A DNA stretch of 64,000 nucleotides, taken from NCBI GenBank assembly GCA_965237415.1, contig CBDEFM010000002.1, positions 1,792,001 to 1,856,000 on the forward strand. Direction: 5' to 3'. This document shows positions 45,904 to 57,955 of the stretch, piece by piece; the stretch's first letter is position 1, and every line of letters begins with the position of its first letter. Origin of the DNA: Alphaproteobacteria bacterium (GTDB lineage Bacteria > Pseudomonadota > Alphaproteobacteria > UBA828). The notes below the pieces were generated by a model that was given only the letters and a program-made list of their open reading frames with translations, ran no database searches and had not been told where the DNA came from. The translations under genes and the position numbers were made by a program.

Positions 45904-46146
45904 TCATTCGGCGAGGTCGATGGTGTAGTCCTCGATCACGGTGTTGGCGAGCAGGCGCGCGCACATGGCGTCGAGCTGCGCCCGCGCGGCCGCCGGGTCT
46001 GTCTCGGTAAGATCGAGTTCGAGATACTTGCCCTGGCGCACGCCGTCCACGCCGGCGAAGCCCATGCGCGCGAGCGTGTGCTCGATCGCCTTGCCTTGAG
46101 GGTCGAGAACGCCGGGCTTGAGGGTGATGTGGACTCGGGCTCGCAC
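45904..46146 (-). CDS. purS: Phosphoribosylformylglycinamidine synthase subunit PurS
   Basis: LKPGVLDPQGKAI, VRQGK, LLANTVIEDY. Confidence 0.95.
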   Translation of the reverse strand: MRARVHITLKPGVLDPQGKAIEHTLARMGFAGVDGVRQGKYLELDLTETDPAAARAQLDAMCARLLANTVIEDYTIDLAE

Positions 46147-46152
46147 CCGATC

Positions 46153-46923
46153 TCACGCGCGCTCGTCGTCGTTGCGGTTGCTCGCCTCCTGCGCCACCGC
46201 CTCCCGCATCAGGCCCAGACGACGGGCGACTTCCTGATAGGCCTCGGAGACCCGCCCGAGATCGCGGCGGAAGCGGTCCTTGTCCAGCTTCTCGTCGGTC
46301 TCCAGGTCCCACAGCCGGCAGCTGTCGGGCGAGATCTCGTCGGCGAGCACGATACGCAAGTCCTCACCGTGCCAGAGCCGCCCGAATTCGAGCTTGAAGT
46401 CCACCAGCCTGATGCCGATGCCGTAGAACAGCCCGCTGAGGAAGTCGTTGATGCGGAGCGACATGGAGAGGATGTCGTCGAGCTCCTGCGGGGTCGCCCA
46501 GCCGAAGGCGGTGATGTGCTCCTCCGAAACCAACGGGTCGTCGAGCTCGTCGTTCTTGTAGCAATACTCGACGATCGAGCGCGGGAGCTGTGCGCCTTCC
46601 TTGAGGCCGAGCCGTTCGACCAGCGTGCCGGCGGCGAAATTGCGGATGATCACCTCGACCGGGATGATCTCCAACTCGCGAATCAATTGCTCGCGCATGT
46701 TGAGCCGGCGCATGAAATGAGTGGGCACGCCGATCTCATTGAGTCGCGCCATCAGATGCTCGGAGATACGGTTGTTGAGCACCCCCTTGCCGGTTATCAC
46801 CCCTTGCTTCTTGTTGTTGAAGGCGGTTGCATCGTCCTTGAAATACTGCACCAGGGTACCGGGCTCGGGCCCTTCGTAGAGGACCTTCGCCTTGCCTTCG
46901 TAGATCCGCCTGCGACGGGACAT
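46153..46923 (-). CDS. purC: SAICAR synthetase
   Basis: [38 protein letters not shown]. Confidence 0.96.
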   Translation of the reverse strand: MSRRRRIYEGKAKVLYEGPEPGTLVQYFKDDATAFNNKKQGVITGKGVLNNRISEHLMARLNEIGVPTHFMRRLNMREQLIRELEIIPVEVIIRNFAAGTLVERLGLKEGAQLPRSIVEYCYKNDELDDPLVSEEHITAFGWATPQELDDILSMSLRINDFLSGLFYGIGIRLVDFKLEFGRLWHGEDLRIVLADEISPDSCRLWDLETDEKLDKDRFRRDLGRVSEAYQEVARRLGLMREAVAQEASNRNDDERA

Positions 46924-47075
46924 GGTCGGCATCCTCGATGTGGGGGGCGTCGCGCCGGGTCGGCGCGCTTTGCGCACCCGTTACCTCGCAAACATAGTCA
47001 TAACAAGGGGCCAGTACAATCGTCTGTCGTCGTCGCTGCGGGCGAGCCGGGCACTACGGCCACGGGCACAGCTTT

Positions 47076-47825
47076 CTAAATGTCAATATTTTCAAATAGA
47101 TGACGATTCGGCGGCCCTGGCGCGAAACGCCAGACCGGGGTGGCGTCAGGCCGGCCCGGGCGCGGTAGCGCGATGAGCGACGCGTTGACCGTGCCGAATC
47201 CGCCCGTCGGCTCGATGCACATGGCGGCCTCCGGATCGCCCCCCGAGTCGCTTGTCCCGCGCGCGAGCAGCGCGGCCCATTCCTCCCAGGCATCCCGCTC
47301 GGGATCCGGCGGGAGTACCGATTCGAATGCCGCAAGATGTGTGCGGATCCGCGCCGAGTTCGCGTCGTTGCGCTCGCGCGCCGTGAACATGGAAAGACCC
47401 TCGGGCAGCGGGTGCAAGACCGGAGACTTGCTTCCATCGTGGCGCAGCCAGAACGCCTCGTCCGAATCGGCAACCACGAGGTTGAAGGGGCGATAGGCCC
47501 CGCCGTCGATATCGGCGAGCGCACAAGCCGAGGCCGCGGCATCGGCATGGTCGAGCGCATCCAGCACCAGCTCGCCCCGCGAGCGCTTGCCCGCCGCAGG
47601 CCCGAGCGCGCCCGTGCGGTTGAGGATGCCGGCCGCCAGACCGTCGTCGTTGACGCCGAGCCAGGTTCCGCCCGCGAGCTCGTCCTGGCCTGCGGTCACC
47701 TGCGCGCGGTCGGGCCAGTGGCGGCCCGGCGGCAGCCAGGGCCGGTCGATCATCTCGTCGCGGTTGGCGGCGATGAGGACCGGACAGTCGTGGCCGGGGC
47801 GTCGCAGGATCACGAGTGTGCACAT
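47076..47825 (-). CDS. NRDE/TANGO2 family protein
   Basis: MCTL, AANRDE, GGTWLG, SRGELV, FGT. Confidence 0.88.
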   Translation of the reverse strand: MCTLVILRRPGHDCPVLIAANRDEMIDRPWLPPGRHWPDRAQVTAGQDELAGGTWLGVNDDGLAAGILNRTGALGPAAGKRSRGELVLDALDHADAAASACALADIDGGAYRPFNLVVADSDEAFWLRHDGSKSPVLHPLPEGLSMFTARERNDANSARIRTHLAAFESVLPPDPERDAWEEWAALLARGTSDSGGDPEAAMCIEPTGGFGTVNASLIALPRPGRPDATPVWRFAPGPPNRHLFENIDI

Positions 47826-47923
47826 GCCGCCTCCCCGCCCGAAGCGCCACGCTCGCCGTGGACCGGCGCGGGCCGCTCTGGCACAATGGGCGCGCGTCCA
47901 ATCATCGGCTGGGAGCCTGGGGC

Positions 47924-48244
47924 ATGAACACGTTTGACGACCGCAAGAACGCCGCCGAGGCGAAGTTTAGGCACGATCAGGAGTTTCAGTTCAAGGTCGT
48001 CGCCCGGCGCAACAAGCTTCTCGGCCTGTGGGCGGCGGAGAAGATGGGGATCGCGGGCGACGATGCCGAGGCCTATGCCAAGCAGGTGGTCATGGCCGAT
48101 TTCGAGGAACCGGGCGACGACGATGTCCTCCGCAAGGTGCGCGGCGACCTGACGCAGAAGGGCATCGAGGCCGACGATCAACTGATCCGCACGCAGATGG
48201 ACCGCCTGCTCGACGAGGCGAAGGGCCAGTTCAGCACCGAGTAG
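47924..48244 (+). CDS. DUF1476 / F1Fo-ATPase inhibitor zeta subunit
   Basis: MNTFDDR, FKVVARRNKLLGLWAA, DFEEPGDDDV. Confidence 0.88.
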   Translation: MNTFDDRKNAAEAKFRHDQEFQFKVVARRNKLLGLWAAEKMGIAGDDAEAYAKQVVMADFEEPGDDDVLRKVRGDLTQKGIEADDQLIRTQMDRLLDEAKGQFSTE

Positions 48245-48290
48245 GCCGCACGCGCCGCGACCTCCACAATCCTCGCATTCAGGACCGCTG

Positions 48291-48815
48291 GTGAGCGGCG
48301 CTACTGCCGGCTGGGGCGTCCACGCCCATCGGGCGCTGCGTGCCGCCGGAGTACGCCAGGTCGCCCACGTGCCGGATGCCGGCCTGTCCGCGCTGCTCAG
48401 GCTGTGCGATGCCGACGAGACCATGCGGACGGTGCTGCTCGCCCATGAGCAGGAAGGCCCGGCGCTGGCCGCCGGCGCCTGGCTCGGCGGCGAGCGCGCG
48501 GCGCTGCTGATGCAATCGAGCGGAGTCGGCAACTGCGTCGCCGCGCTCTCGCTGATCCGCACCTGCCGCTTCCCCTTCCTCGCGCTCGTCACCATGCGGG
48601 GCGAGTGGGGCGAGACCAATCCGTGGCAGCTCCCCATGGGCCAGGGGTCGGCGGCCCACCTCGAACAATGCGGCGTCATCGTCTCCCGTGTGGACGACGA
48701 GGCGCACGCATTCGAGACCATCGCCGCCGCCGCCGCACTCGCCTTCGAGAGCGGGGCCGCAGCCGCGGTCCTCATCGGCCAGCGCGTGATCGGCGCAAAG
48801 AGCTTCGACGGATGA
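48291..48815 (+). CDS. Sulfopyruvate/phosphonopyruvate decarboxylase alpha subunit (ComD-like)
   Basis: VPDAG, AGAWLGG, LMQSSGVGN, MRGEWGE, NPWQ. Confidence 0.8.
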   Translation: MSGATAGWGVHAHRALRAAGVRQVAHVPDAGLSALLRLCDADETMRTVLLAHEQEGPALAAGAWLGGERAALLMQSSGVGNCVAALSLIRTCRFPFLALVTMRGEWGETNPWQLPMGQGSAAHLEQCGVIVSRVDDEAHAFETIAAAAALAFESGAAAAVLIGQRVIGAKSFDG

Positions 48816-49417
48816 CCGGCAAGGAACAGCCCGAGACCAGCCTCGACCGGCGCACGGCTGTGGCGCTGCTGCTCGGCGGACATGACGATGTGCTGGTGGT
48901 CCCGGGCCTCGGCTCCGCGACCTGGGACTGCGCCGCGCTCGGCGACAATCCGCTCCACTTTTCGCTCTGGGGCGCGATGGGCAACGCCTCGATGATCGGG
49001 CTCGGCCTCGCGCTCGCGCAGCCGGCCCGCCGCGTGCTGGTGCTGACGGGCGATGGCGACATGCTGATGGGGCTCGCGAGCCTCGCCACCATCGCGACGC
49101 AGGCGCCCTCTAATCTCGCCCTCGTCGTCCTCGACAACGAGCGCCACGGCGAGACCGGGATGCAACCCACGCATACGGCGCACCGCACCGACCTCGCCGC
49201 CGCCGCTGCCGCCTGCGGCTTCGCCGAGGCGCGGCAGGTCGCGGACGAAGCCGGCCTCCGCGCCGCGCTGCCGCTGGTGCACGACGTACCCGGTCCGACC
49301 TTCCTCACGGTCAAAGTCAAGGCCGAGCCCCTGCCCCGCGTCCTCCCGCCCCGCGACGGCGCCTACCTCAAGGACCGCTTTCGCACCGCACTGCTGGGAG
49401 AGGGCGCCGTCCTCTGA
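48812..49417 (+). CDS. TPP-binding decarboxylase beta subunit (ComE-like)
   Basis: WGAMG, TGDGDMLMG...LDN TPP motif; ATGA overlap with the alpha subunit. Confidence 0.8.
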   Translation: MTGKEQPETSLDRRTAVALLLGGHDDVLVVPGLGSATWDCAALGDNPLHFSLWGAMGNASMIGLGLALAQPARRVLVLTGDGDMLMGLASLATIATQAPSNLALVVLDNERHGETGMQPTHTAHRTDLAAAAAACGFAEARQVADEAGLRAALPLVHDVPGPTFLTVKVKAEPLPRVLPPRDGAYLKDRFRTALLGEGAVL

Positions 49418-49466
49418 CCGCAGTGCCCTCTCGGCCGTCCTGGGGGAGGGCCCACTCCCCCCGGTC

Positions 49467-49495
49467 TTGACCCTCGCCGTGATCGGGGATATGTC
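49467..49495 (+). promoter_or_regulatory. Putative sigma70 promoter upstream of the NYN leader
   Basis: TTGACC-N17-TATGTC. Confidence 0.45.
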
Positions 49496-49507
49496 ATGGG
49501 CAACTCC

Positions 49508-49553
49508 CCCTGGGGTTTCGACCGCAGGGCGCGGGGCCTCCTCGGAGGCCCCG
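49508..49553 (+). other. Two-hairpin structured leader or small RNA upstream of the NYN gene
   Basis: UUCG-capped hairpin at 49508-49529; perfect GC-rich inverted repeat at 49532-49553. Confidence 0.55.
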
Positions 49554-49573
49554 TCTTCAATTTGGAGATTTCG

Positions 49574-50200
49574 GTGCGGACCTACGTCTATGTGGACGGG
49601 TTCAACCTCTACTACGGGGCGCTCAAAGGTTCGCCGTGGAAATGGTTGGACTTGTTAGCTCTTTTTCAGAATGTGCTCCAACCGCATCATCGGATTCTGA
49701 CCCTCAAATTCTTTACGGCGCGCGTGTCGGTAACGCCGAATGATCCGTCTAAACCGCAGAGGCAAGACACTTACCTCCGCGCCTTACAACACTATCGACC
49801 CGAGGTAGAAGTCTATTTTGGCCATTTCCTGAGTCACAACGTCAGATTGCCGCTCGCGGCACCGACCGCCCGACAGCGGACTGCTAAGGTGGTCAAGACC
49901 GAGGAGAAGGCCTCGGACGTAAACCTCGCGGTTCATTTGCTGAACGACAGCTGGCTGAACGCTTACGATTGCGCGATTGTCGTCACCAACGACAGCGACA
50001 TTGCCGAGGCGATGCGCTTGGTCAAGCAACATCACCGCAAACGAATCGGTCTGGCGACGCCGGGAAATCGACATCCGTCGCGTCAACTGACGGCACACGC
50101 CGATTTCTCTGTCCACATTCGCAACAAGGCGGTCCTTCAGCAGTCGCAACTGCCGGACCCAATCCCCGGCACGACCATCCGCAAGCCTGATCTCTGGTAG
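49574..50200 (+). CDS. NYN domain (PIN-fold, LabA/DUF88-like) putative ribonuclease
   Basis: VYVDGFNLYY, EEKASDVNLA, TNDSD acidic motifs; GTG start with GGAG upstream. Confidence 0.88.
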   Translation: MRTYVYVDGFNLYYGALKGSPWKWLDLLALFQNVLQPHHRILTLKFFTARVSVTPNDPSKPQRQDTYLRALQHYRPEVEVYFGHFLSHNVRLPLAAPTARQRTAKVVKTEEKASDVNLAVHLLNDSWLNAYDCAIVVTNDSDIAEAMRLVKQHHRKRIGLATPGNRHPSRQLTAHADFSVHIRNKAVLQQSQLPDPIPGTTIRKPDLW

Positions 50201-50213
50201 CGTCCGCCTGCCC

Positions 50214-51266
50214 CTATCGACGGATTTTCGTGCCGCTGTCGCTGTCGAAGAGCCGCGCCTTGGCGGGATCCAGATTGATGCCGACTGCCGCGTCCATCGT
50301 GGCCTCGAAATCCTTGTCGGCGCGCACCACCACCTGCTCTTCGTTCAGAAGACAGGTCACGATCGTCTCGTTGCCGGTCATCTCCGTCGAATAGATGTGC
50401 GCCCGCAGCATAGCGTCCTCCACCGGCGCAAGCGCGGCGTCTTCGGGCCTGAAGCCGAGGTAGAGAGAACCGCCGGGTGCCGCGCCGGAAAGCGGCACCG
50501 CGCCGTCCTGCACGGTGAACATGCCGTCCTCCACCGTGCCCTCGATGATGTTCATGGCCGGCGCCCCGATGAAGCGGGCCACGAAGAGGTTGGCGGGGTC
50601 GTCGTAGATTTCCTTCGGCGGCGCGACCTGCTGCAGCACCCCTTCGTCCATCACCGCGACCCGATGCGCGAGCGTCATCGCCTCGACCTGGTCATGGGTC
50701 ACGTAAATGGTCGTCACGCCGAGCTCCGACTGCAGGCGCTTGAGCTCCACCCGCATGGCGATGCGGAGCTTGGCGTCGAGGTTGGAGAGCGGCTCGTCCA
50801 TCAGGAAGACCGATGGCGTGCGCACCATGGCGCGGGCCAGCGCCACGCGCTGGCGCTGGCCGCCGGAAAGCTGGCGCGGATAGCGGTGCAGCAGGTCCTC
50901 CAGATGAACCTTTTCCGCGGCCGCGCGCACTGCGCCCTCGAGCTCGGCCGCGGGCGTGCCCCGCAGCTTCAGCGGATAGCCGATGTTCTTGGCGACCGTC
51001 ATGTGCGGATAGAGGGCATAGGACTGAAACACCATCGCGACGTTGCGATATTTCGGCAGCACAGTGGTCACGTCGTGATCGCCGATCTCGATGGTGCCCC
51101 CGCTCACGGTCTCCAGACCCGCCACCATGCGGAGCGCGGTGGTCTTGCCGCACCCGGATTCCCCGAGAAGCACCAACAGCTCGCCGTCCGCGATGTCGAG
51201 GCTCAGGTTCTTGACCACCTCGTTCGAACCGAAGGACTTGCGCACATCGATCATCCGCACGCGCAT
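50214..51266 (-). CDS. Carbohydrate ABC transporter ATP-binding protein (UgpC/MalK-like)
   Basis: GESGCGKTT, VFQSYALYPHM, LSGGQRQR, YVTHDQVEAM. Confidence 0.92.
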   Translation of the reverse strand: MRVRMIDVRKSFGSNEVVKNLSLDIADGELLVLLGESGCGKTTALRMVAGLETVSGGTIEIGDHDVTTVLPKYRNVAMVFQSYALYPHMTVAKNIGYPLKLRGTPAAELEGAVRAAAEKVHLEDLLHRYPRQLSGGQRQRVALARAMVRTPSVFLMDEPLSNLDAKLRIAMRVELKRLQSELGVTTIYVTHDQVEAMTLAHRVAVMDEGVLQQVAPPKEIYDDPANLFVARFIGAPAMNIIEGTVEDGMFTVQDGAVPLSGAAPGGSLYLGFRPEDAALAPVEDAMLRAHIYSTEMTGNETIVTCLLNEEQVVVRADKDFEATMDAAVGINLDPAKARLFDSDSGTKIRR

Positions 51267-51284
51267 CGCCGAATCTCCCGCCCT

Positions 51285-52333
<1,049 letters not shown>

Positions 52334-52337
<4 letters not shown>

Positions 52338-53458
52338 AGCTCGGTCCTGCGGGTCTTCCGGCCCGCGAAGTTGAAGAACGAGAGGCAGGTCACCGTCGCC
52401 ACGAACAGCAGCATGTACCCCACCGCTGCAGAGCCGCCGAGGTCCTGCGTGCGCCAGGCGATGAAGGCATGGAGTGTGAGGGATTCGGTGGCGATTCCGG
52501 GGCCGCCATTGGTGAGCACGTTGGGCAGATCGATGATCTTGAAGGCCTCGATCAGGCGGATCAGGACGATGGTCGCGGCGACCGGCGCGATCGCAGGCCA
52601 CGTGATGTCGCGGAATGATTGCCACCCGCCCGCGCCGTCGATACGCGCGGCTTCGAGTTGATCGCGCGGCTGGTTCTCGATGGCCGCGAGCAGGACGATG
52701 AACATGAACGGCGTCCACTGCCAGGTATCGCCGATGAGCACCACCATGCGCGCCGTCCACGGATCCGACGCCCAGGCGAATTCGCTGAGCCCGAGCCCGG
52801 TCCAGATGTCGGCGAAGGGTCCTTTGTGCATGTCGGCGAGCATGCGGAACATGTAGGCGATGCCGACGGGCGTCACCATGATCGGCAGAAAGAAGACCAC
52901 GCGAAACAGGTTCCGCCCGTAGATATTCTGCGAGCAGAGAACGGCCAGGCCGAGCGCCAGCCCGAATTGAACCGAGACGCCGACGAACACGTAGAAGAGT
53001 GTGACCACGAGCGAGCCGGGAAAGCCGCCGCCCAACGTCAACACCAGAAGAATGGTCAACGCACCGGCGACGAGCGTGGCAACGGATCGCCCGATGACGC
53101 CAACCACAGTCGCGCCAGGCCGAATCAGATAACGAACATAGAAGTAGAGCAGGGGCGCAAAGATCGCGCCTATGACCAACCAGTCAATGGCGCCCAGGGG
53201 ATCGAATGTTCCGAGCAGATGATACTGCTGGGATCCGAAGATCAGCTTCTTGAAGTTGAGCCACTTGACGAACTTGAGCAGAAAACCTTCGGAGGAAAAT
53301 TTCAGCTTGGTCAGAGTGAGATAGGCCGAGATCAATAGCGGAAACAACGAAAACGCCAGCAGCGTGAGCACCGCCGGCAGGATGAACACCTTGCCGGCAT
53401 TGCGGTCGACCCACTCGCCGATGCGGTCGCGACCGTCGCGGGCCTCCAGAAAGGCCAA
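52334..53458 (-). CDS. Carbohydrate ABC transporter permease (MalF-like)
   Basis: WQWTPF, LEAARIDGA, TNGGPG. Confidence 0.88.
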
Positions 53459-53540
53459 TGCCGGAATGCCTTAGTCGAACAAAGCGGCTCCGGCACGCGC
53501 GGTCAGTAGCCTGGGCGCGTGCCGGAGCCTGAAGGGTCGT

Positions 53541-55031
53541 CTAACGGCCGAGCGTCGCGCGATAAGCTGCGCCCTGATCGTCGACGTCGTTTTCTTCGTT
53601 CAGCTCATTCCAGCCGTCTTCGATGGCCTGCATCGCCTGCGCCTTGTCGATCTCACCTGCGAGCAGGCGGGAGATGGAGCTGTCGAGCACCACCTGCTGA
53701 TAGGCCTGGTTCTTCGGGATACGCAGGTCCAGCACCATGTTCGGGCTGTTCAGGCTGGCTTGAATGGCGCCGAGATAGTCATTCGCCGCGGCCTCGCTCA
53801 TTCCCGCCTTCACCCAGACACCGATATCGCTGAACTGCGAGAGACGATAGGGGTTGAAGCCGGTCATGCCGATGGTCACGTCCTCGTTGGACTGCGCCGG
53901 CTGCGACATGTGGGAGAAGAAGGCGTAGGCCGCATCCTTCACCTTGTCGTCCGCTTTGGCGTTGATGGCGCCTGACCAGCCGCCGAAGGCGGCGAAGGGC
54001 GCGCGATTGACCCCGTTGATGGCGTAGGGGCAGATCTCGGCATCGCACGGCACGAGCTTGCCGGTGGCGCGGTCGAGCACCTCCGTCGAGCCGGGCAGCA
54101 TGATCGAGCCCACCTTGTCGATGACCTGGGAGTTCTCCGGATCGATGGCGAGCGTGCCGATATCGCCCCAGTCGATGGTCAGCGCGCAGCGGCCGGAGGT
54201 GAACAGGCTCCGCGTGTCGCCCACGTCGAGGTTGATCTCGTCGGGCGGCCCGTACTGGGTCGTCTCGACGTAAACGTCGAGGGCGGCGGCGAAGGCATCG
54301 TTGTTGACCAGCGGCTCCATGGTGTCGGCATTGAAGAAGATGCCCTGCGACGTCCCCTGCGACTGCAGGAACCCGCTCGCGACCGAGAGGATCATCCAGT
54401 AGGCCTGCGCATTGCGCTTCTTGGAGATGCAGGAGCCGTAGTCCGGCGAGCCGTCGCCGTTCATGTCCTGGCCGTCGAGTGCCTTGGCCGCGGCGATGTA
54501 GTCCTGCCACGTCTCGGGCGCCGCGATGCCGGCCTCGGCGAAGAGGTCGGAGCGGTAGTAGACCATCTGGAAGTCGCCATCGAGCGTGAGCATGTAGGTG
54601 TCGCCCGCGAACTTCTGCGAGAACTCGCGGAAGAACGGCGCGATGTCGTCCTCCTGGAGATTCTCATCCGCCGCGACGCGCGCGCTGAGGTTCTCCATGA
54701 AGCCTGGCACGATGTAGTCGACCGCCCACTGCGGCGCGAACACCGCTGCGTCGATGGAGTTGGTGCCCGATGCCCAGTCCGTCAGCACCTTGCTGTAGAG
54801 GTCCGAGAACGGCACCGTGATGATGTTGATCTGTGCGCCGGTCATGGCGTTGAAGTCCGGTGCGCGGCGCTGCAGCGGCTCGGCGATCTGCGGGCCGGTG
54901 AAGGTCATGATGTTGACCTCCACGCCATCGAACTCGCCGGCCGCCTGTGCCGTTCCGGCGACGAGCGCCAGCGCGGCGACGCCCGCAAGCGGCGCCAGAA
55001 CGGCGTTCTTGCACAGTGTCTTGATGTTCAT
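53541..55031 (-). CDS. Carbohydrate ABC transporter substrate-binding protein
   Basis: Signal peptide; YYRSDLF, PETWQDY; leads the operon. Confidence 0.88.
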   Translation of the reverse strand: MNIKTLCKNAVLAPLAGVAALALVAGTAQAAGEFDGVEVNIMTFTGPQIAEPLQRRAPDFNAMTGAQINIITVPFSDLYSKVLTDWASGTNSIDAAVFAPQWAVDYIVPGFMENLSARVAADENLQEDDIAPFFREFSQKFAGDTYMLTLDGDFQMVYYRSDLFAEAGIAAPETWQDYIAAAKALDGQDMNGDGSPDYGSCISKKRNAQAYWMILSVASGFLQSQGTSQGIFFNADTMEPLVNNDAFAAALDVYVETTQYGPPDEINLDVGDTRSLFTSGRCALTIDWGDIGTLAIDPENSQVIDKVGSIMLPGSTEVLDRATGKLVPCDAEICPYAINGVNRAPFAAFGGWSGAINAKADDKVKDAAYAFFSHMSQPAQSNEDVTIGMTGFNPYRLSQFSDIGVWVKAGMSEAAANDYLGAIQASLNSPNMVLDLRIPKNQAYQQVVLDSSISRLLAGEIDKAQAMQAIEDGWNELNEENDVDDQGAAYRATLGR

Positions 55032-55174
55032 TGGTTACTCCCCAGGTGATGCGACGCTCACGCGTCTGCGCGAAACGGTTCCGGCTCCCTCACAGCGAGC
55101 AGAGTCGGGATGGCGGCATGTACGCACAGCATCGCCATTTGTCCAGCGGGATCGGGCGTCGCGCGGTCTGGCCG

Positions 55175-55344
55175 GCGCGCCAGGCCGCGGTCGGATCCGG
55201 CCTCCGCACCACTCGGCCGCTGGTGCACGCAGTGCCAGGGCCGACCTCCCTCACGGTCAAGGTCAAGGCCGAGCCCCTGCCCCGCGTCCTCCCGCCCCGC
55301 GACGGCGCGTACCTCAAGGACCGCTTTCGCGCGGCGTTGCTGGG
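55175..55344 (+). pseudogene. Duplicated 3' fragment of the ComE-like gene
   Basis: 149/170 identical (ungapped) to 49229-49398. Confidence 0.9.
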
Positions 55345-56622
55345 CACCGACGCCACCCACCGAACTCGACACCGCATCGACCATCTCGGCGAAGAGCCCG
55401 CGCTCGGGACTTTCTCTCCCTCTGCCGGTGCTGTGTTGACTTGCTTTGCTGAGCACCCCACCGTTGCCGCCATGCTTTTCTCGAGTCGCAACGCTGTCGG
55501 GATGCTTCGGGATGTCGCTTCCTAAACGGCTGGCGTTTGCAAAGCTCGCTGGTAACGCGACACGGCTCCAACGGCATGGACTGCTCTGTAGTCACCGACG
55601 TCGAAACGACACTTTCGATTCATGCGTGGCGGCTGGTCTGATGGTATGCCCGAAATTCAACGAAGCGGAGTTCGCAACCATCCATCTGCCGGAGTTGGCG
55701 GATCGCCGCGCTCCCTAGCCACGCCCATTACCGCCGACCGACTCACTCTGCTGAGGAACGCGACACCATGAGACGCCAAATCGGATCCCTTCACTCAATC
55801 GCAATGCTCCTGGTGGTTGGCAGCTTGTCAGGGGTCCTGTCCGCTTGTGGCGGCGGATCCGACGGAGGGCCGCCGTCGTCGTCGCGTCCAGCGATACCCC
55901 AGGATGTTGCCGAGGCGCTCGATGTGGCGATCGACGCGGATCCTGCGTCGACGGCACCGGACTTGCTGGACGCGGAGGGCTCGGGGGCGCCCGCGGATGC
56001 ATCCGCACTCGAGGAAACGGCTGACGCGGTTGGAACCCGAATCGATGGCTGGGACGACAATGTGTACGTGCGAATGAACGAGGCGGATTCGACCGATACG
56101 TTCATAATCTACAGCAACAAGGACGAGCCAACGCCCACGCCGTTTTACATGGTCCACGCGCTCGACAACAGTGATTCCTTGATCCTCGACACCTCTAACG
56201 TCGGATTGGTCAGCGGTGTGGCCGAGTTCCCATCGGCGGTCAATCAGGTGGATGTGCTGTTCATGGCCGACGCCGAGTTTGCGGGCAGGTTCCACGGCGC
56301 GCCGGGCACCTATACGTGCGTCTCGATGTGCAGCCTCTCAACAAATATGAACGGCGCGCTGGCCGAGGTAGGCGGCGTTTGGCGATTCGCACCTGACGAT
56401 AATGAGTTCCTGGTGCCGGTAGAGGACAGCGACTACGTCCATTTCGGCTACTGGATGCATGAATCCGAAGCGAACGGCGACCCCATCATCATGGTCGGCG
56501 CCATTGCCGGCGGCACCGCAGAGTCCGCAATCGGCACCGTTCAAGACCTTGAGATCGTGTCCCGGCGCGTGGTGTAAGAGCGTTGCGCTCTACGCGGCTC
56601 CCGGCGGGTAGGGCCGGGACGT

Positions 56623-57819
56623 TCAGGCTGCCACGGTGGGCAGCGTGATGGGGACACCATCGCGCAGCGGAGCGATGGATTCCAGCGTCATGTATCTCCT
56701 TGAGACGGCCCACTCGTCGTTCTGCTCGAGAAGGATGGCACCGACGAGCCGTGTGATAGCGGCTTCGTTGGGAAAGATACCGACGACGTTGGTGCGGCGC
56801 TTGACCTCGGCATGGAGCCGTTCGATCGGGTTGGTCGAATGCAATTTCTGGCGGTGCTCCCTGGGGAAGCTCATGTAGGCGAGGACGTCGTGCTCGGCTT
56901 CGTCCATGAGAACTGCCAGCTTGGGCACCTTGGGCCTGAGTTGGTCGGCGACCTGGCGCCACTGGGCCTTGGCGCTGTCGGCGTCCTCCTGGGCGAAGGC
57001 GGTGGCGACGAAGGCGGAGACGACGCGCCGGCCCTGCCTGCCGGCATGGGCCAGCAGGTTGCGGGCGAAGTGCACGCGGCAGCGCTGCCATGTGGCGCCG
57101 AGGATCCGGGTCGCGGCGGCCTTCAGGCCCTTGTGGTCGTCGGAGATCACCAGCTTCACGCCGCGCAGCCCGCGCCGGGCCAGCGAGCGCAGGAACTCGG
57201 TCCAAAAGATCTCGGCCTCCGACGCGCCGATCGCCACGCCCAGGACCTCGCGGCGGCCTTGGTCGTTGACGGCCACAGCCACAGTCACCGCGACCGAGAC
57301 GATGCGCCCGGCCTCGCGCACCTTCAAATAAGTCGCATCCAGCCACAGATAGGGCCAGTCGCCCTCCAGCGGTCGATCGAGGAAGCCGTTGACCTTATCG
57401 TCGATCTCGCCGCACAGCCTGGAGACCTGGCTCTTGGAGACGCCCGACATCCCCATCGCCTGAACCAGATCGTCGACCGAGCGGGTCGATACGCCCTGGA
57501 TGTAGGCCTCCTGGATCACCGCAGCCAGCGCCTTCTCGGCCATCCGCCGCGGCTCCAGGAAGCCCGGGAAGTAGCTCCCCTTCCTCAGCTTCGGGATCTT
57601 CAGCTCCACCGTGCCCGCCCGCGTTTCCCAGCGTCGCTCGCGATAGCCGTTGCGATGGGTGATACGATCCGCCGAGCGCTCGCCGTGCCCGGCGCCGGTC
57701 AGGCCCTCGACCTCCAGTGCCATCAGCCGCTCGGCCGTGAAGCCGATCATCTCGCGAAGCAGATCGGCATCGGAGCTCTTCTCCAAAAGCGCGCGCAGGG
57801 TCATCATGTCCTGGGTCAT
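56623..57819 (-). CDS. IS256-family transposase
   Basis: [42 protein letters not shown]. Confidence 0.96.
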   Translation of the reverse strand: MTQDMMTLRALLEKSSDADLLREMIGFTAERLMALEVEGLTGAGHGERSADRITHRNGYRERRWETRAGTVELKIPKLRKGSYFPGFLEPRRMAEKALAAVIQEAYIQGVSTRSVDDLVQAMGMSGVSKSQVSRLCGEIDDKVNGFLDRPLEGDWPYLWLDATYLKVREAGRIVSVAVTVAVAVNDQGRREVLGVAIGASEAEIFWTEFLRSLARRGLRGVKLVISDDHKGLKAAATRILGATWQRCRVHFARNLLAHAGRQGRRVVSAFVATAFAQEDADSAKAQWRQVADQLRPKVPKLAVLMDEAEHDVLAYMSFPREHRQKLHSTNPIERLHAEVKRRTNVVGIFPNEAAITRLVGAILLEQNDEWAVSRRYMTLESIAPLRDGVPITLPTVAA

Positions 57820-57887
57820 CGTGGTTCTCCTTCGGGTCAGGTTGGTTCGCTCTAGCCCAACCCTAAACCGGAACCGCGATGGCCTCC

Positions 57888-57955
57888 GCTGTGGATAGCC
57901 GGCTTGCCTACGCCAGACTCTCGGCGGTCGCTACAGCAAGCCGCCTACCCACAGC
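57888..57955. repeat. 68-bp hairpin shared with the IS21 leader (8762-8798 + 10178-10208)
   Basis: GCTGTGGATAGCCGGCTTG...CAAGCCGCCTACCCACAGC; first 22 nt identical to the reverse complement of the IS21 copy. Confidence 0.85.

Noticed and set aside
49496-49573. N-terminal extension of the NYN protein from ATG 49496
   Set aside because: Runs through strong hairpins directly after the predicted -10 box; GTG 49574 has an RBS and matches the usual NYN start
55345-55767. Short ORFs between the duplicated fragment and the lipoprotein gene
   Set aside because: No recognisable motifs; probably intergenic or promoter DNA
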